Assembly (NCBI GenBank): GCA_965218295.1
Contig: CBDCKN010000017.1
Span: forward strand, 64,001 to 128,000
Direction of reading: 5' to 3'
Length of the DNA: 64,000 nucleotides
Origin: Longimicrobiales bacterium
GTDB taxonomy: Bacteria; Gemmatimonadota; Gemmatimonadetes; Longimicrobiales; Gaopeijiaceae
This document shows, one piece after another, positions 46,801-57,233 of this stretch. The translations under genes and the position numbers were made by a program. Positions within the stretch are counted from its first letter, which is position 1. Each line of letters starts with the position of its first letter. Below the pieces are notes generated by a model. The model did not search any database, had not been told where the DNA came from, and saw nothing but the letters and a program-made list of their open reading frames with translations.

Positions 46801-47156
46801 TCACCCGCATCGCGGAAGTTGACGCCCTCGGCGAAGAGTTGGAAGATCGATTCGGGGTTCTTCCGGAGGAGGTACAGCGCCTCCTCGATGGAGCCGGGTT
46901 GAGGATCCTCGGGCGCAAGCTGGGGATTGAGCGTATCCTCCTTCGAGACGGAGAGGCGAGGGTGAACTTCCGCTCCACCGCCATGCCCCGTCTCGCCGTG
47001 TTGGAGGGTCCACTCCGCGACCGTCAGGTCGATGTCGAGGTCCGGAGAATGGCGCCTCTCTCCCTGGCCCTTCATCAAGCCGGGCCCGATACGCTAGTTT
47101 CGACGCTGATCCTCGCTCTTTCGACTTTATTAAATACTCGAAGTGACACCTCCTAA
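43845..47156 (+). CDS. mfd: Transcription-repair coupling factor
   Basis: YAVRGGLLDIF, CarD-like VVHMEHGVG, ETPDQ-like motif, GDVGYGKTEVA, VDEEQRFGV, TATPIPRT, QIRGRVGRS, RGAGNLLG. Confidence 0.97.
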   Translation: MSGSPHPIVQAISTCPGFERLCRQLPDRGQRRVLGGAVGSASTALVAALHERFATRMLVVVTPSPQSATNAEADLEALLGREESFLFPQREALPYESSEPHLEIGGLRVEAVEALLGGRARLLVTTLRALQERAPIPAGLAELRITLRTRGEPGFHRLIQDLDKRGFERVPLVEEVGQYAVRGGLLDIFSFGTPEPFRVEFWGDEIVSLRFFDILDQRSKGSTDDVHILPVDFHRERDDGAVVSRSLLELLPADVLLFRFGDEDWSAELTRTWGHVCRLHDELEAEGKAPDGPETLFVDAQEAEERLSSLARVDVSPESNDALELACTPPPVIDRDMSRLGAALRAASGMGQKSLVLCDNRGQCDRLEEILGGPEKIPPGAHVVVGSLAAGFVLECAEPPLQVFTDHEIFRRSRRVRRGRRFRGAVALESLSQLSPGDHVVHMEHGVGVFRGLERVDIAGEELESMAIEYAGEEVLRLPVSRLDLVERWVGESDTAKPPTLHRIGGKRWKTLKRRTSQAIEKMTIELLELYARRSTIQGFAYSHDTLWQKEMESSFLYEDTPDQRLATEDVKRDMESSGPMDRLICGDVGYGKTEVAIRAAFKAVQDGKQVALLAPTTVLVEQHRHTFEERLADYPVKIGALSRFRTPKEQKLLLKKLKTGEMDIVIGTHRLLSKDVELARLGLLIVDEEQRFGVRHKERLKQLRASVDVLTLTATPIPRTLYLSLTGIRDLSLIRTPPRDRIPIITHVVPWSDQIIAESLQRELDRGGQAFFLHNLVATIHGAADHVQDLAPEARVDVAHGQMKSRELDRVMRDFVDGEIDVLVCSSIIENGLDVPNANTLIVNQADHFGLSQLYQIRGRVGRSDRRAYCYLIVPDYLTDEAERRLRVLEHYTELGSGYSVALRDMELRGAGNLLGGDQSGFAHAIGIDAYMRLLEQTVKRVKEGEEEPEYPHPEITMTGSAYLPDEYVPDSGQKLHLYRRLSKLTRIAEVDALGEELEDRFGVLPEEVQRLLDGAGLRILGRKLGIERILLRDGEARVNFRSTAMPRLAVLEGPLRDRQVDVEVRRMAPLSLALHQAGPDTLVSTLILALSTLLNTRSDTS

Positions 47157-48645
47157 CCATATGCCATATCACAGTTTAAGGATGACAGCGATGCTTTTGA
47201 CCAAACCCCTCCACCGGGTGGGACGTGCCGTCCGCGCGACGGCTCTGGGATTGGGCGCGATCCTCATGGCGTGTGATGCGGGGTCCGACCGGATCGTGGC
47301 GACCGCCGGCGACCACGAGCTCTCGGTCGACCAATTGGTGGACCTCCTGGCCCGCCAGAACACGGTTGCCAGTCAGCCGCAGGTCGTGGATGCGCTCGCC
47401 AACTTCTGGGTCGACTACACCCTCCTGGCCATAGCGGCCCAGGAGGACTCCCTCTTCACCGATCTGGATCTGAGCCCTCTCCTGGAGCCTCAGTTCCAGC
47501 AGGAGATCATCGACAACTACCTCGGATCGGTCGTAGCGCCGGACACCGCCCTCTCGGACGACGAGCTCAGGGAGCTGTGGGACGCGGATCCGCCCGAGGA
47601 TTCCGTTCGGGCACGGCACATCCTGCTGACCTTTCCGGACCCAGCCACCCAGGCTCAGGTCGACAGCGTCGTAAACCTTGCGATCGAGTTCAAGAACCGG
47701 ACCATGGCGGGGGAGTCCTTCGAGGCGCTGGCACGCCGATACTCCGAGGATCCAGGCAGTGGGCCGCTCGGCGGAGATCTCGGTTACTTCGGGCCCGGCG
47801 CCATGGTACAGCCTTTCGAGGAGGCGACGTACGCCCTCGAGGTGGGGGCCGTGAGTGATCCCGTACAGAGCTCGTTCGGGCTGCACGTGATCCAGCTCGT
47901 CGACCGTAAACCAACAACCTTCGAGAGTGGTGCAGCCTCCTTCCGAGATGTCGTGGTCGCTCAACGCGTTCGTGAGGCCGACTCGACCTTCCTCGCCGCC
48001 TTGGACGAGGAAGCTGGCATCGAGGTCACGCCGGAAGCTGTGACAGTCCTGAGAGAGCTCGCGGCCAGGCCACGGGGCGCCCTGAGTGGACGGGCCGCCG
48101 GTCGGACGATGGTCGACTATCGAGGCGGAGCCTATGCGGCAGGCGATCTCCTCGACTTCCTGCAGACCACGCCTCCGGAGTTCGCAGCCCAGGTGCTGGG
48201 CTCGCCGGACGAGAACCTGAGTGCGCTTCTCCGGCGGCTGGGTCAGGCACGAGTGCTGCTCGCCAGGGCGGAGGATGCCAGCGTCACCCTATCTGAGGAA
48301 CGCCAGGACACGTTGTATCGCATGACGCGTGAACAGGTGATCCAGGCATCCGATGCCCTAGGGATCCGTCAGATAACGGTGCTGGAGAACGAGACGCCCG
48401 ATGAGGCGCTCGATCGCACGCTGCTTCAGGTCATGCGGGAGCTCGTGGCCGGCACACGCAACGCCATCTCCCTCAGCGTCGTCACCGTGGCACTCCGAAG
48501 AGAGACGGACTGGTCGATTTCGGGTCGCTCGATCACGGCCACGGTCGCGCGGATCGATGAGCTTGTTGGATCCACGGAAGGCACCCAGCCTCAGGCGGTG
48601 CCCACCGTGCCAGGCGGAGCCCCGCAGGACACGATCGGGAATTGA
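47143..48645 (+). CDS. Parvulin-type peptidyl-prolyl isomerase, probable lipoprotein (PrsA/PpiD-like)
   Basis: LMAC lipobox, VRARHILL, FEALARRYSEDPGS..GGDLGYF, FGLHVIQ; start uncertain (47143-47191). Confidence 0.85.
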   Translation: MTPPNHMPYHSLRMTAMLLTKPLHRVGRAVRATALGLGAILMACDAGSDRIVATAGDHELSVDQLVDLLARQNTVASQPQVVDALANFWVDYTLLAIAAQEDSLFTDLDLSPLLEPQFQQEIIDNYLGSVVAPDTALSDDELRELWDADPPEDSVRARHILLTFPDPATQAQVDSVVNLAIEFKNRTMAGESFEALARRYSEDPGSGPLGGDLGYFGPGAMVQPFEEATYALEVGAVSDPVQSSFGLHVIQLVDRKPTTFESGAASFRDVVVAQRVREADSTFLAALDEEAGIEVTPEAVTVLRELAARPRGALSGRAAGRTMVDYRGGAYAAGDLLDFLQTTPPEFAAQVLGSPDENLSALLRRLGQARVLLARAEDASVTLSEERQDTLYRMTREQVIQASDALGIRQITVLENETPDEALDRTLLQVMRELVAGTRNAISLSVVTVALRRETDWSISGRSITATVARIDELVGSTEGTQPQAVPTVPGGAPQDTIGN

Positions 48646-48699
48646 CAAACTCGTCGGTGCTTTCCGGAACATGACTTTTCCAAGAGGTTTAGACAACGG

Positions 48700-50067
48700 A
48701 TGAGATACCGTTCGACGAGACCAGAAACCGTAATCCGAGCCCGTGGTCGGGCCATTGGCGCCGTGCTGCTTATCGGGGTGACCCTGGCGAGCACGGCCAG
48801 GCCGGCCTTCGGCCAGAACCCCCCGGGCCTCACCGACGTAGTCGAGCAGGTCGCCGCGGTGGTGGGTGACTCCGTGATCCTGATGACGGAGATCGATTCC
48901 TACCTTCTTCGGTTGGCTTCGCAGGGTTGGACGCGCCCCGAGACCACGGCCGAGCTCATGGCCTTCAAAGCCGACGTGCTCGATCTCCTCATCAACGAAC
49001 AGCTGGTGATCCAGGATGCAGGGCGGGACAGCACTCTCGCGGTCAGTGAGGAGGAGCTGGAAGATCGGCTCCAGCTGGAGATCGACGGGCAGGTCCGTCA
49101 GTTCGGCACCCTCGCGCGGCTACAAGAGGCTCTCGCGGCGCAGAACATGACCATGTCCGTCTTCCGGGACCAACGCAGAGGCGCTATCAAGCGTCAGCTA
49201 CTGCAGGAGCGGTACATGGCGAAGAAGGGCCGGAGCGCCGCGGAGATCTACGTCTCCGAGGCGGAGCTCAGGGCCTTCTTCGACGAGAACCGGGAGCAGA
49301 TGCCTCAGCTCCCTCCCACCGTCCGCTTCATGAATCTCCAGCTACAGCCCGAACCGTCCGACTCCGCCAAGGCAGCGGCGGTCGCGGAGGCGGAAAGCAT
49401 TCTGCGGATGATCAGGGACGGCACCGCCGACGACTTCGGAGAGCTGGCGAAGCAGTACTCGGACGGACCGTCGGCTGGGAGCGGGGGAGAGCTCGGCTGG
49501 ATCCGTCGTGACGGCAGCTTCGTCGAGGAGTTTGAAGAGGCCGCATTCCTGCTGTCGCCCGGGATGGTGAGCGTCCCGGTGGAGACCGACTTCGGGTACC
49601 ACTTGATCCTGGTCGAACGGGTGCGAGGCGGAGAGCGACGGGTGCGGCATATCCTCATCCAGCCGGAGATCACGGAGGCGGATATCACCGCCAACCTGGA
49701 ACGTGCCATCGAGTTCAGGAATCGGCTCCTCGCCGGAGAGGAGATGGCGGATCTGTCCGACGAGCCCGTGGACACGCTGGATCTGACCATCGCGGAGGTG
49801 AACCAGATCTCTGGCGCCTACGCTCGCGCCCTCCAGAACGCGGAGCCAGGTGACATCCTGGGCCCCCTGCGCTTCGAAGACCCCCGATCCGAGAACACGA
49901 TCGGGATCGTGAGGGTGATGGAAATCAAGGGCGGCGGGAAGCTCCAGTTCGAGGACGTCCGGGATCAGATCGAGGCCCGCCTAAAGTCCCAGCTCCTCAG
50001 CGAGAAAGTGGTCGAAGGCTTGAGGAACCGCGTATTCATCGAAATCCGCCTCGTCGGAGCGCGCTGA
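48700..50067 (+). CDS. surA: SurA-like chaperone/peptidyl-prolyl isomerase
   Basis: VAAVVGDSVIL SurA N-domain, FGELAKQYSD..GGELGW, FGYHLI, VRHILI; upstream of pdxA. Confidence 0.8.
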   Translation: MRYRSTRPETVIRARGRAIGAVLLIGVTLASTARPAFGQNPPGLTDVVEQVAAVVGDSVILMTEIDSYLLRLASQGWTRPETTAELMAFKADVLDLLINEQLVIQDAGRDSTLAVSEEELEDRLQLEIDGQVRQFGTLARLQEALAAQNMTMSVFRDQRRGAIKRQLLQERYMAKKGRSAAEIYVSEAELRAFFDENREQMPQLPPTVRFMNLQLQPEPSDSAKAAAVAEAESILRMIRDGTADDFGELAKQYSDGPSAGSGGELGWIRRDGSFVEEFEEAAFLLSPGMVSVPVETDFGYHLILVERVRGGERRVRHILIQPEITEADITANLERAIEFRNRLLAGEEMADLSDEPVDTLDLTIAEVNQISGAYARALQNAEPGDILGPLRFEDPRSENTIGIVRVMEIKGGGKLQFEDVRDQIEARLKSQLLSEKVVEGLRNRVFIEIRLVGAR

Positions 50068-50082
50068 CGCAGCGTATCGGCC

Positions 50083-51027
50083 ATGTCGGCGATCCGTCTA
50101 GCGGTCACGCTCGGTGACCCACGGGGCATCGGGCCCGAGATCGTAGCGAAGGCCATCCGGAGCCTTCAGGACCGAAATGCCGCTTCCCCGGTCGTTCTGG
50201 TCGGCCCGCAAGGCTTCGACCCCGGACTTGGCCCCTACGAGTCGGTGGGTCCATTCGACGGGTCGGAGGCTTCGGCGGGCGTGGTGGCCGCCCTCGCCAT
50301 AGAGCGTGCGGTGACCCTGGCCAGGGAAGGGTCGGTCTCGGCCATCGTCACGGGTCCCATTCACAAACCGGCGCTACGGGCGGCGGGCTATTCCGACCCA
50401 GGCCATACGGAGATGCTCCAGCGGCTCACCGGCTCCCCCGAGGTAGGGATGCTCATGGCGGCCGAGGAGACCAAGGGCGGTGGCCCCCTCCGCGTGCTCC
50501 TGGCCACGACCCACGTCGCGCTGAGAAGCGTGCCCGATCTCGTCAGCCGCCGAGTGCTGGTAGCTCAAACGGCCCTCTTGAGCGAAGCACTCAACACCGG
50601 CTGGGGAATCAAGGAGCCCCGGATCGGGCTGTGCGCTCTCAATCCCCACGCGTCCGACGGAGGCCTTTTCGGGGACGAAGAGGCCGTAGTGTTCTTCCCT
50701 GCCGTGGAGGAGCTCCGGAAGGCGGGGGTGGACGTCCGGGGCCCTCTTCCAGCGGATACGGTCTTCGGCCGCGCCCTCAGGGGGGAGTTCGACGCCGTGG
50801 TGGCGCCCTACCATGACGTGGGGATGGCCGCGTTCAAGACCGTCGCGTTCGGGCGGGGCGTAAACGTCACCCTGGGACTGCCCTTCGTACGAACGTCTCC
50901 CGACCACGGCACGGCCTTCGACCTGGTGGGAACCGACCGTGCCGACCCGTCTTCCATGGAAGAGGCGATCCGCTTGGCGGCATGCATCGTGCAGAACCGT
51001 TTTGACACGCTGGCCCCCCAGGCTTAG
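50083..51027 (+). CDS. pdxA: 4-hydroxythreonine-4-phosphate dehydrogenase
   Basis: TLGDPRGIGPE, VTGPIHK, GHTE, LNPHA, PADTVF, YHD, GLPFVRTSPDHGTAFD. Confidence 0.95.
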   Translation: MSAIRLAVTLGDPRGIGPEIVAKAIRSLQDRNAASPVVLVGPQGFDPGLGPYESVGPFDGSEASAGVVAALAIERAVTLAREGSVSAIVTGPIHKPALRAAGYSDPGHTEMLQRLTGSPEVGMLMAAEETKGGGPLRVLLATTHVALRSVPDLVSRRVLVAQTALLSEALNTGWGIKEPRIGLCALNPHASDGGLFGDEEAVVFFPAVEELRKAGVDVRGPLPADTVFGRALRGEFDAVVAPYHDVGMAAFKTVAFGRGVNVTLGLPFVRTSPDHGTAFDLVGTDRADPSSMEEAIRLAACIVQNRFDTLAPQA

Positions 51028-51063
51028 CTTTTCCTTCCGGGCACTCGTTGCTCCCGGAAGTGC

Positions 51064-51795
51064 ATGGGAAACACCAACTTACGGGGTCGCGACAACCGCG
51101 TGATCAAGCTCATTCAAGTCACGAAAGAGTACGCCCGGGCAGAGCCGGCCCTCGAAGACATCTCCTTCCACCTGCCCAAGGGACAGTTCGCCTTCCTCAC
51201 GGGCCATTCGGGCTCGGGCAAATCCACCACGCTGCGGCTCGTCCACATGGTGGAGCGACCTACCCGGGGAGAGGTCCGGGTAAGCGGATTCTCGTCGGAG
51301 CGCACCTCTCACCGCGAAGTCTGGAAGCTTCGCCGCCGTGTCGGCTACGTCTTCCAGGACTTCCGGTTGCTTCCGGACCGCACCGCGATGGAGAACGTGG
51401 CCTTCGCCCTCGAGGTGACGGGTGCCTCCAGGAAACAGATCCGGCCCCGTGCGCAGCGGCTGCTCGCGCAGGTGGGGCTGGCCCCGAAGGCCGGCTCCGC
51501 GATTCACGAGCTCTCCGGTGGAGAGCAGCAGCGGGTGGCCATCGCCCGCGCGCTCGCCAGTGAGCCCCTCCTTCTCCTGGCCGACGAGCCCACGGGCAAC
51601 CTCGACGACCGCGCCACGCGCGGCATGATGGAGCTATTCTGGGAGATCAATGCCATGGGCATGGCGGTGCTGATGGCCACACACGACCTGGAGCTGGTCC
51701 GCCGGTATCCGTCGGCGCGTGTCCTCGAGCTTGACCAGGGCCGGCTGGTCTACGACTCGGACGAGAAGCAAGCGGTATCCGAGAGCGCGGACTGA
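51064..51795 (+). CDS. ftsE: Cell division ATP-binding protein
   Basis: GHSGSGKST, RRRVGYVFQDFRLL, LSGGEQQRV, ADEPTGNLD, ATHD; alternative start at 51100. Confidence 0.95.
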   Translation: MGNTNLRGRDNRVIKLIQVTKEYARAEPALEDISFHLPKGQFAFLTGHSGSGKSTTLRLVHMVERPTRGEVRVSGFSSERTSHREVWKLRRRVGYVFQDFRLLPDRTAMENVAFALEVTGASRKQIRPRAQRLLAQVGLAPKAGSAIHELSGGEQQRVAIARALASEPLLLLADEPTGNLDDRATRGMMELFWEINAMGMAVLMATHDLELVRRYPSARVLELDQGRLVYDSDEKQAVSESAD

Positions 51796-51796
51796 C

Positions 51797-52654
51797 GTGC
51801 TGTATTCCACACGCGAAGCCGTCATGGCTTTCCGGCGAGCCCCGCTCCTGACGAGCCTGTCGGCCGCCATGGTGGGCCTGGCGCTCTTCGTGGTCGGATT
51901 GTTTGCGCTGGCGGCTCACAACCTGAGGCTCGCCCTTGACATCCTGGAGGAACGGGTGGAGATCGTGGCGTACCTCCGGGACGACGCGAGCACCGACGAG
52001 ATCGCCAACATGGAGAGGGCTCTCTCGGCCTTGCCCGAGGTCCTCACCATCGAGTTCGTCACGAAGGACGAGGCGCTCGCAAAGGCACGCCGGGAGCTCC
52101 CCGAATTCCGCGAAGTGATGACGGACCTGGAGGTGAACCCTCTCCCGGCTTCGTTGGAGATAGAGCTCCGACCGGGCAGCCGGACGCCGGCCACCGTCGA
52201 GCGATTGGCCCAGCAGGCGAGGCTGTATCCCTTCGTGGAGGAGGTCCAGTACGGTCAGGAGTGGGTGGAAAAGCTCTTCACCCTCCGGCGCATGGGCGGT
52301 GTTACCGCCACTGTGCTGGGTTCCGCCTTCGCCGTGGTGGCCGCCCTCATCATAGGAACGGCGGTACGGATCGCCATCTTCGCCAGGCGTGAGGAGATCA
52401 AGGTGATGCAACTCGTGGGCGCCCGGGACGGCTTCATTCGGCGTCCCTTTCTCATCGAAGGCGGGATCACGGGGGCCTTGGGCGGAGCCCTGGCGATCGG
52501 ACTCACGTACGCGACCTTCAGAGCGGTCTTCCACTATCTCTTCTCCATAGCCTGGATCCCCGTGGAGTGGGCCGGCGCGGGGCTTTTGATCGGAGTCGTC
52601 TTCGGTGTCATCGCCAGCAGCTTCGCCGTGCGCAAGCACCTGAGGGAAGTCTGA
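51797..52654 (+). CDS. ftsX: Cell division permease
   Basis: VEIVAYL, NPLPAS, RREEIKVMQLVGA..FIRRPFLIEG. Confidence 0.93.
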   Translation: MLYSTREAVMAFRRAPLLTSLSAAMVGLALFVVGLFALAAHNLRLALDILEERVEIVAYLRDDASTDEIANMERALSALPEVLTIEFVTKDEALAKARRELPEFREVMTDLEVNPLPASLEIELRPGSRTPATVERLAQQARLYPFVEEVQYGQEWVEKLFTLRRMGGVTATVLGSAFAVVAALIIGTAVRIAIFARREEIKVMQLVGARDGFIRRPFLIEGGITGALGGALAIGLTYATFRAVFHYLFSIAWIPVEWAGAGLLIGVVFGVIASSFAVRKHLREV

Positions 52655-52656
52655 CC

Positions 52657-53868
52657 GTGTCCCCGGTTCGGTCCGTGGCTATCCCCGCACTACTGGCGGC
52701 GGCTCTCTTGGGGCCGCCGAATCTCGCCGGCCAGGCTGGAGACATCCGCAGAGAGATCCTCGAGAGCCAGCGCCGCCTCGAGGAGGTCCGGGCCGAGCGG
52801 GAACTCCTTCGGCAGGAGATGTCCAACCTGGAGGGTCGTGTCCGCGACGCGTCCGGCGAGCTCGCCAACATCGAGCGACAGCTCAGCGCCTCCCGGTCGG
52901 CCTTGGGCGAAGTCGACTTTCAGGTGAACGTCGTCGCCGACGAGATCGAGGGCACGTCACGGGACCTGGTGGTCACCAGGGAACGGCTGCGGACTGGTGC
53001 CGCCGTGCTCAACCGCCGGCTCCGGGACATCTACAAGCGGGGCCCCCTCCATGAGGTGCGCGTCATGCTTGGAGCCGCATCCTTCCCGGACATGCTCACC
53101 CGGTATCGGTACCTGCGCCTTATCGCCTCGTACGATCGCACCCTGCTGGAGAGGGTTCAGGAGCTCGAGTCCGAGCTGGTCGTGGAGAACGACGATCTCC
53201 AGAGCCACATGTCCAACCTCGGCCGTCTGAGGCAGGCCAAGCAGGGAGAGGTCGCCTCGCTCCGCTCGGTGGAGGAGCGGCACAGGCGGGCGCTGGAGAA
53301 CTACCGAGCCGAGGAACGGCGGGCGGGAAGCCGTCTGGAGGAGCTGGACAGTGACGAGATTCGTCTCACGCGGCTGGTCACCGACCTGGAGGCCCGGCGC
53401 ATCGAAGTTGAGCGCCGGGCGGCCCGCGGAGGCACCCCGTCCATCTCCTCCGAAGACGCGGGCTCGCTGGACTGGCCGGTGGACGGCGAGCTGATCTATC
53501 GCTTCGGTCGAGAGCAGAGGCCGAACGGGATCGTCCTCAGATGGAACGGCATCGGGATCCAGGCCTCCACCGGCACGCCGGTGCGGGCCGTCCGATCCGG
53601 TACGGTCGTGCTGGCCGGGCCCTTCGAGGGGTACGGACCCACCGTGGTCCTGAGTCACGGTGAGGGCTTCTACACACTCTACCTCTACCTCGAGGACATC
53701 GGAGTAATCCAGGGGCGGCAGGTCGAGGCGGGTCAGGTCGTAGGGACGGTCGGGGGGTCCGATACGTCGGAAGGTCCACACGTCGAGTTCCAGGTCAGGG
53801 CGCCGGTGGACGGAGGGACCCCCCAGGCCAGGGATCCGCTCCAATGGCTTCGGCCCCGAGGAAGGTGA
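52657..53868 (+). CDS. envC: Murein hydrolase activator EnvC (coiled coil plus M23/LytM)
   Basis: Signal peptide, long coiled coil, LDWPVDG, WNGIGI, GYG..VVLSHG, HVEFQVR; follows ftsEX. Confidence 0.85.
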   Translation: MSPVRSVAIPALLAAALLGPPNLAGQAGDIRREILESQRRLEEVRAERELLRQEMSNLEGRVRDASGELANIERQLSASRSALGEVDFQVNVVADEIEGTSRDLVVTRERLRTGAAVLNRRLRDIYKRGPLHEVRVMLGAASFPDMLTRYRYLRLIASYDRTLLERVQELESELVVENDDLQSHMSNLGRLRQAKQGEVASLRSVEERHRRALENYRAEERRAGSRLEELDSDEIRLTRLVTDLEARRIEVERRAARGGTPSISSEDAGSLDWPVDGELIYRFGREQRPNGIVLRWNGIGIQASTGTPVRAVRSGTVVLAGPFEGYGPTVVLSHGEGFYTLYLYLEDIGVIQGRQVEAGQVVGTVGGSDTSEGPHVEFQVRAPVDGGTPQARDPLQWLRPRGR

Positions 53869-55013
53869 GCCTCCACCCCTTGGTCGGGCACGACGCTGTC
53901 CGCTCCTCGCTCGCCCTCGCCTGGCAGTGGGGCTCTCTTTCCGTCAGCCTGCTCATCCGCGGGCCCAGAGGCGTCGGGAAGCAGCGACTGGCCCTGTGGC
54001 TGGGCCAGTTTCTCCTGTGCACGGATCCCACGCCGGACGGTCCCTGTGCCGCGTGTAAGGCGTGCCGGCTGTCCGTATCCTTGGAGCATCCGGATCTCCA
54101 CTGGTACTTCCCGCTCCCGAAGCCGCAACGGGTCCGGCCGGACAAGCTCGGGGACGCCATGGAAGAGGCCCGCCACCAGGCCCTGGCCGACCGCCGAGAG
54201 AACACGCTCAGACCGGCCGTGACAGCCGAGGAGCCGACGGGCCTCTACTTTGCTGTGGCCCAGCACCTGCGCTCGCAGGCTCAGAAGCGGCCGGCCATGG
54301 GTCCCAGGCAGGTCTTCGTCATCGGCGAAGCGGAGACCCTCGTGCCCCAAGAGTCCAGCCAGGCCGCAGCCAACGTGCTGCTGAAGCTCCTCGAGGAGCC
54401 ACCCTCCAGCACGCTCCTCATCCTGACCTCCAGCGAGCCGGGTCGCCTCCTGGCCACGATCCGCTCCAGGACCATGCCGCTTCACCTGCCTGGACTCCCG
54501 GACCATGAGGTTGAGGCGTTCCTCGTCGAGGTGGCCGGAGCGGACCCGGAGAGCGCGGGCCGGGCGGCGCTCTTGGGGAGAGGCTCCATAGGCCGCGCCC
54601 TGGGGTTTCTCCCTGCCGGTGACGACCCGGGGCCGCTGGAAGAGCTCCGACAGAAGGCCTTTCGTCTTTTGAAGGTGGCTTCCGCCCCGGATGCCGGTTC
54701 CATCTACAGGCAGTCTCTCGAATTCCAGCCCGTCCGTGGTCGCGGCCTGATACCGCTCCTCGATCTGTTGGAGGATGCCCTCAGGGACCTGTCCGCCACG
54801 GCCGCGGGAGCTCCCGAGAAGGTCATCAGCCTCGATACTGCAGAGTTCCTGGAACGGACCCGGACCGAGTGGGATATCCATCCTGTCGCGGTCGCCGACG
54901 CCTTCGAGAGGTTGCAGGAAGCCAAGGAGCTGGCGGCGGGGAACGTCAACCCTCAACTCGTGGTGGCGGGGCTCTTGACCGGGATCCGAGAGGCACTGAA
55001 TGGCAGCGTCTGA
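53865..55013 (+). CDS. holB: DNA polymerase III delta-prime subunit
   Basis: [40 protein letters not shown]. Confidence 0.9.
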   Translation: MSLHPLVGHDAVRSSLALAWQWGSLSVSLLIRGPRGVGKQRLALWLGQFLLCTDPTPDGPCAACKACRLSVSLEHPDLHWYFPLPKPQRVRPDKLGDAMEEARHQALADRRENTLRPAVTAEEPTGLYFAVAQHLRSQAQKRPAMGPRQVFVIGEAETLVPQESSQAAANVLLKLLEEPPSSTLLILTSSEPGRLLATIRSRTMPLHLPGLPDHEVEAFLVEVAGADPESAGRAALLGRGSIGRALGFLPAGDDPGPLEELRQKAFRLLKVASAPDAGSIYRQSLEFQPVRGRGLIPLLDLLEDALRDLSATAAGAPEKVISLDTAEFLERTRTEWDIHPVAVADAFERLQEAKELAAGNVNPQLVVAGLLTGIREALNGSV

Positions 55014-55512
55014 TCAGGACGACATCCCGGGTAACGGAGGTCTGACCCACTTGGACCCCAAAGGGCACGCCCGCATGGTGGACGTCTCAGAAAAGAACGT
55101 CTCCCAGCGCATCGCCGTGGCCGAAGGCCGTATCCGCATGTCGCCCGAGACCCTGGCCGCCATCGAGGCAGGCGACGTGAAGAAGGGCGACGTGCTCCAG
55201 GTGGCCCGCTTGGCCGCCATCTCGGCCGGAAAGCGCACCGGAGATCTCATTCCACTCTGCCACGTCCTTCCGGGAGCCTCCTTCAGCATTGAGGTGGCGA
55301 CGGATCCGGCCCTCCCGGGAGTCGTCGTGCGAGCCGAGGTGAAGGTCGCCGGGCAGACCGGAGTGGAGATGGAAGCCCTCACCGCTGTGACCGTAGGCCT
55401 GCTTACTGTGTACGACATGGCCAAGTCCCTGGATCGCGGCATGGTGATCGAGGGAGTCCGCCTCCTCCTGAAGGAGGGTGGGAAGTCCGGTCGGTGGTCC
55501 GCCGATGTTTAG
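55000..55512 (+). CDS. moaC: Cyclic pyranopterin monophosphate synthase
   Basis: [48 protein letters not shown]. Confidence 0.96.
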   Translation: MAASDQDDIPGNGGLTHLDPKGHARMVDVSEKNVSQRIAVAEGRIRMSPETLAAIEAGDVKKGDVLQVARLAAISAGKRTGDLIPLCHVLPGASFSIEVATDPALPGVVVRAEVKVAGQTGVEMEALTAVTVGLLTVYDMAKSLDRGMVIEGVRLLLKEGGKSGRWSADV

Positions 55513-55552
55513 ACGCCAGAAGGCAACTCGATTCACTCTCAGAGAAGCGTCC

Positions 55553-57136
55553 GTGAGACACCCATTCCCGGTTCTTTTCGTGATCCTCGAGGTCGGCGCC
55601 TGCGCCGGCGGCGGCGCCCACACCCAGCCCGCGGCGCCTCCAGCCCAACTGGAGGCCACGCGCCCCGGAGCCGACTACACGGGCTCCACTACCCGGGCGG
55701 CAGCAACCATCAGGGCGGACGAGATTCTCGAGCACATCGAGTTCCTCGCCAGCGACGAGTTGGGGGGTCGCGACACTCCGAGCCCTGGCCTCGAGGCTGC
55801 GGCCGAATACCTGGCCGCGGAGCTCGAAAGCGCCGGCCTCGAGCCCGCCGGCGACGACGGCACGTTCTTTCAGCGCTTCCCCTACACTCGCACCGCCATG
55901 GTCCCCGAGCGTAGGCGTCTAGGATACGAGAGTCCCTCCGGAGCGGAGGAGCTCGAGTTCGGACGAGACTACTACGTGATTCCCGGACAGCAGATCGCCG
56001 ACGACACGGAGGCCGTCTTCGGCGGCCGGGCCGGGCAGCCGGCCGCCGACCTCGTACAGGTGGCCCAGGGCAAGGTCCTCCTCTTCGCTACCGACGGGAA
56101 TCCGGTGGTGGGCACGGGCGAGGCACTCATGAACGCGTTCCAGGCTGCCGCGCAGGGAGGAGCCTCCGCGGTGGTCCTCCTTCTGGACGACACGAACACT
56201 CCCGACAGCATCCTCGACCTGGCCAGCGGGATCCAGGGCGCCGGATTGGCCACCCCACTTCCCGTCGTCGGCCTGTCCCCCGAGAGATCCCGTGAGCTAT
56301 TCGCGGCTGCCGGCCTGGACCTGCCGTCCCTGCGCGAGTCCCCTCCGGAGAGCGCCATCACCCTGGACGGGGTCACCATGACGGTGGCAGCACCCTTCGA
56401 GATATCGGAGCACACTCCCCCCAACGTAGTAGCCATGTTCACGGGAAGTGACCCCGTCCTCCGGAACGAGTACATCGTCTACAGCGCCCACTTCGACCAC
56501 GTGGGCATCGGGATGCCCAACGAAGCCGGGGACTCCATCTACAACGGGGCCGACGACGACGCGTCCGGCACCTCGGTGCTCCTTGAGACCGCGGCCGCGT
56601 TTGCGGCCATGGATGTGATCCCGGCACGCTCCGTGATCTTCCTTGCCGTGAGTGGAGAGGAGAAGGGGCTCCTCGGATCGAAGTACTTCTCCGAGAATCC
56701 CACGGTGCCCATCGGCGACATCATCATGAACATCAACATGGACATGGTGGGCAGAAACTATCCCGACACAGTCATCGCCGTGGGCCGACAGTACACCAAT
56801 CTCGGCGCCCTTACGGACCGTATCCTCCAGGAGCACCCCGAGCTCGGGTTCACGGTCATCGAGGATCCGAAGCCCGAAGAACAGGCCTTCTTCCGGAGCG
56901 ATCACCTCCAGTTCGTCAACAAGGACATCCCCGCGATCTTCTTCACCACGTGGGACCACGAGGACTACCACAAGCCCTCCGACGAAGCACATCTCATCGA
57001 CTCGGAGAAGACGGCGCGCATCGCGAAAATGGTGTTCTACCTGGGCGCGCGCATCGCCGGTGGGGACGAGGATCCGGAGTGGACGGAGGACGGCCTGGCC
57101 GAGGTCCAACGGATCATCGCCGAGAGCGGGAATTGA
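55553..57136 (+). CDS. M28 family aminopeptidase with PA insert, probable lipoprotein
   Basis: VGAC lipobox, LASDELGGR, SAHFDH, NGADDDASG, GEEKGLLGS, NMDM, RSDH, DYHKPSD. Confidence 0.92.
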   Translation: MRHPFPVLFVILEVGACAGGGAHTQPAAPPAQLEATRPGADYTGSTTRAAATIRADEILEHIEFLASDELGGRDTPSPGLEAAAEYLAAELESAGLEPAGDDGTFFQRFPYTRTAMVPERRRLGYESPSGAEELEFGRDYYVIPGQQIADDTEAVFGGRAGQPAADLVQVAQGKVLLFATDGNPVVGTGEALMNAFQAAAQGGASAVVLLLDDTNTPDSILDLASGIQGAGLATPLPVVGLSPERSRELFAAAGLDLPSLRESPPESAITLDGVTMTVAAPFEISEHTPPNVVAMFTGSDPVLRNEYIVYSAHFDHVGIGMPNEAGDSIYNGADDDASGTSVLLETAAAFAAMDVIPARSVIFLAVSGEEKGLLGSKYFSENPTVPIGDIIMNINMDMVGRNYPDTVIAVGRQYTNLGALTDRILQEHPELGFTVIEDPKPEEQAFFRSDHLQFVNKDIPAIFFTTWDHEDYHKPSDEAHLIDSEKTARIAKMVFYLGARIAGGDEDPEWTEDGLAEVQRIIAESGN

Positions 57137-57233
57137 TGGCGGCCAAAACCCGTTCCGAGACCGGAGAGGGCCCTGGACCCAGCAGGAGCCGGGCCAGTAT
57201 GTCGTGTACTCGCATCGGTAAGTGCGGCGGCCT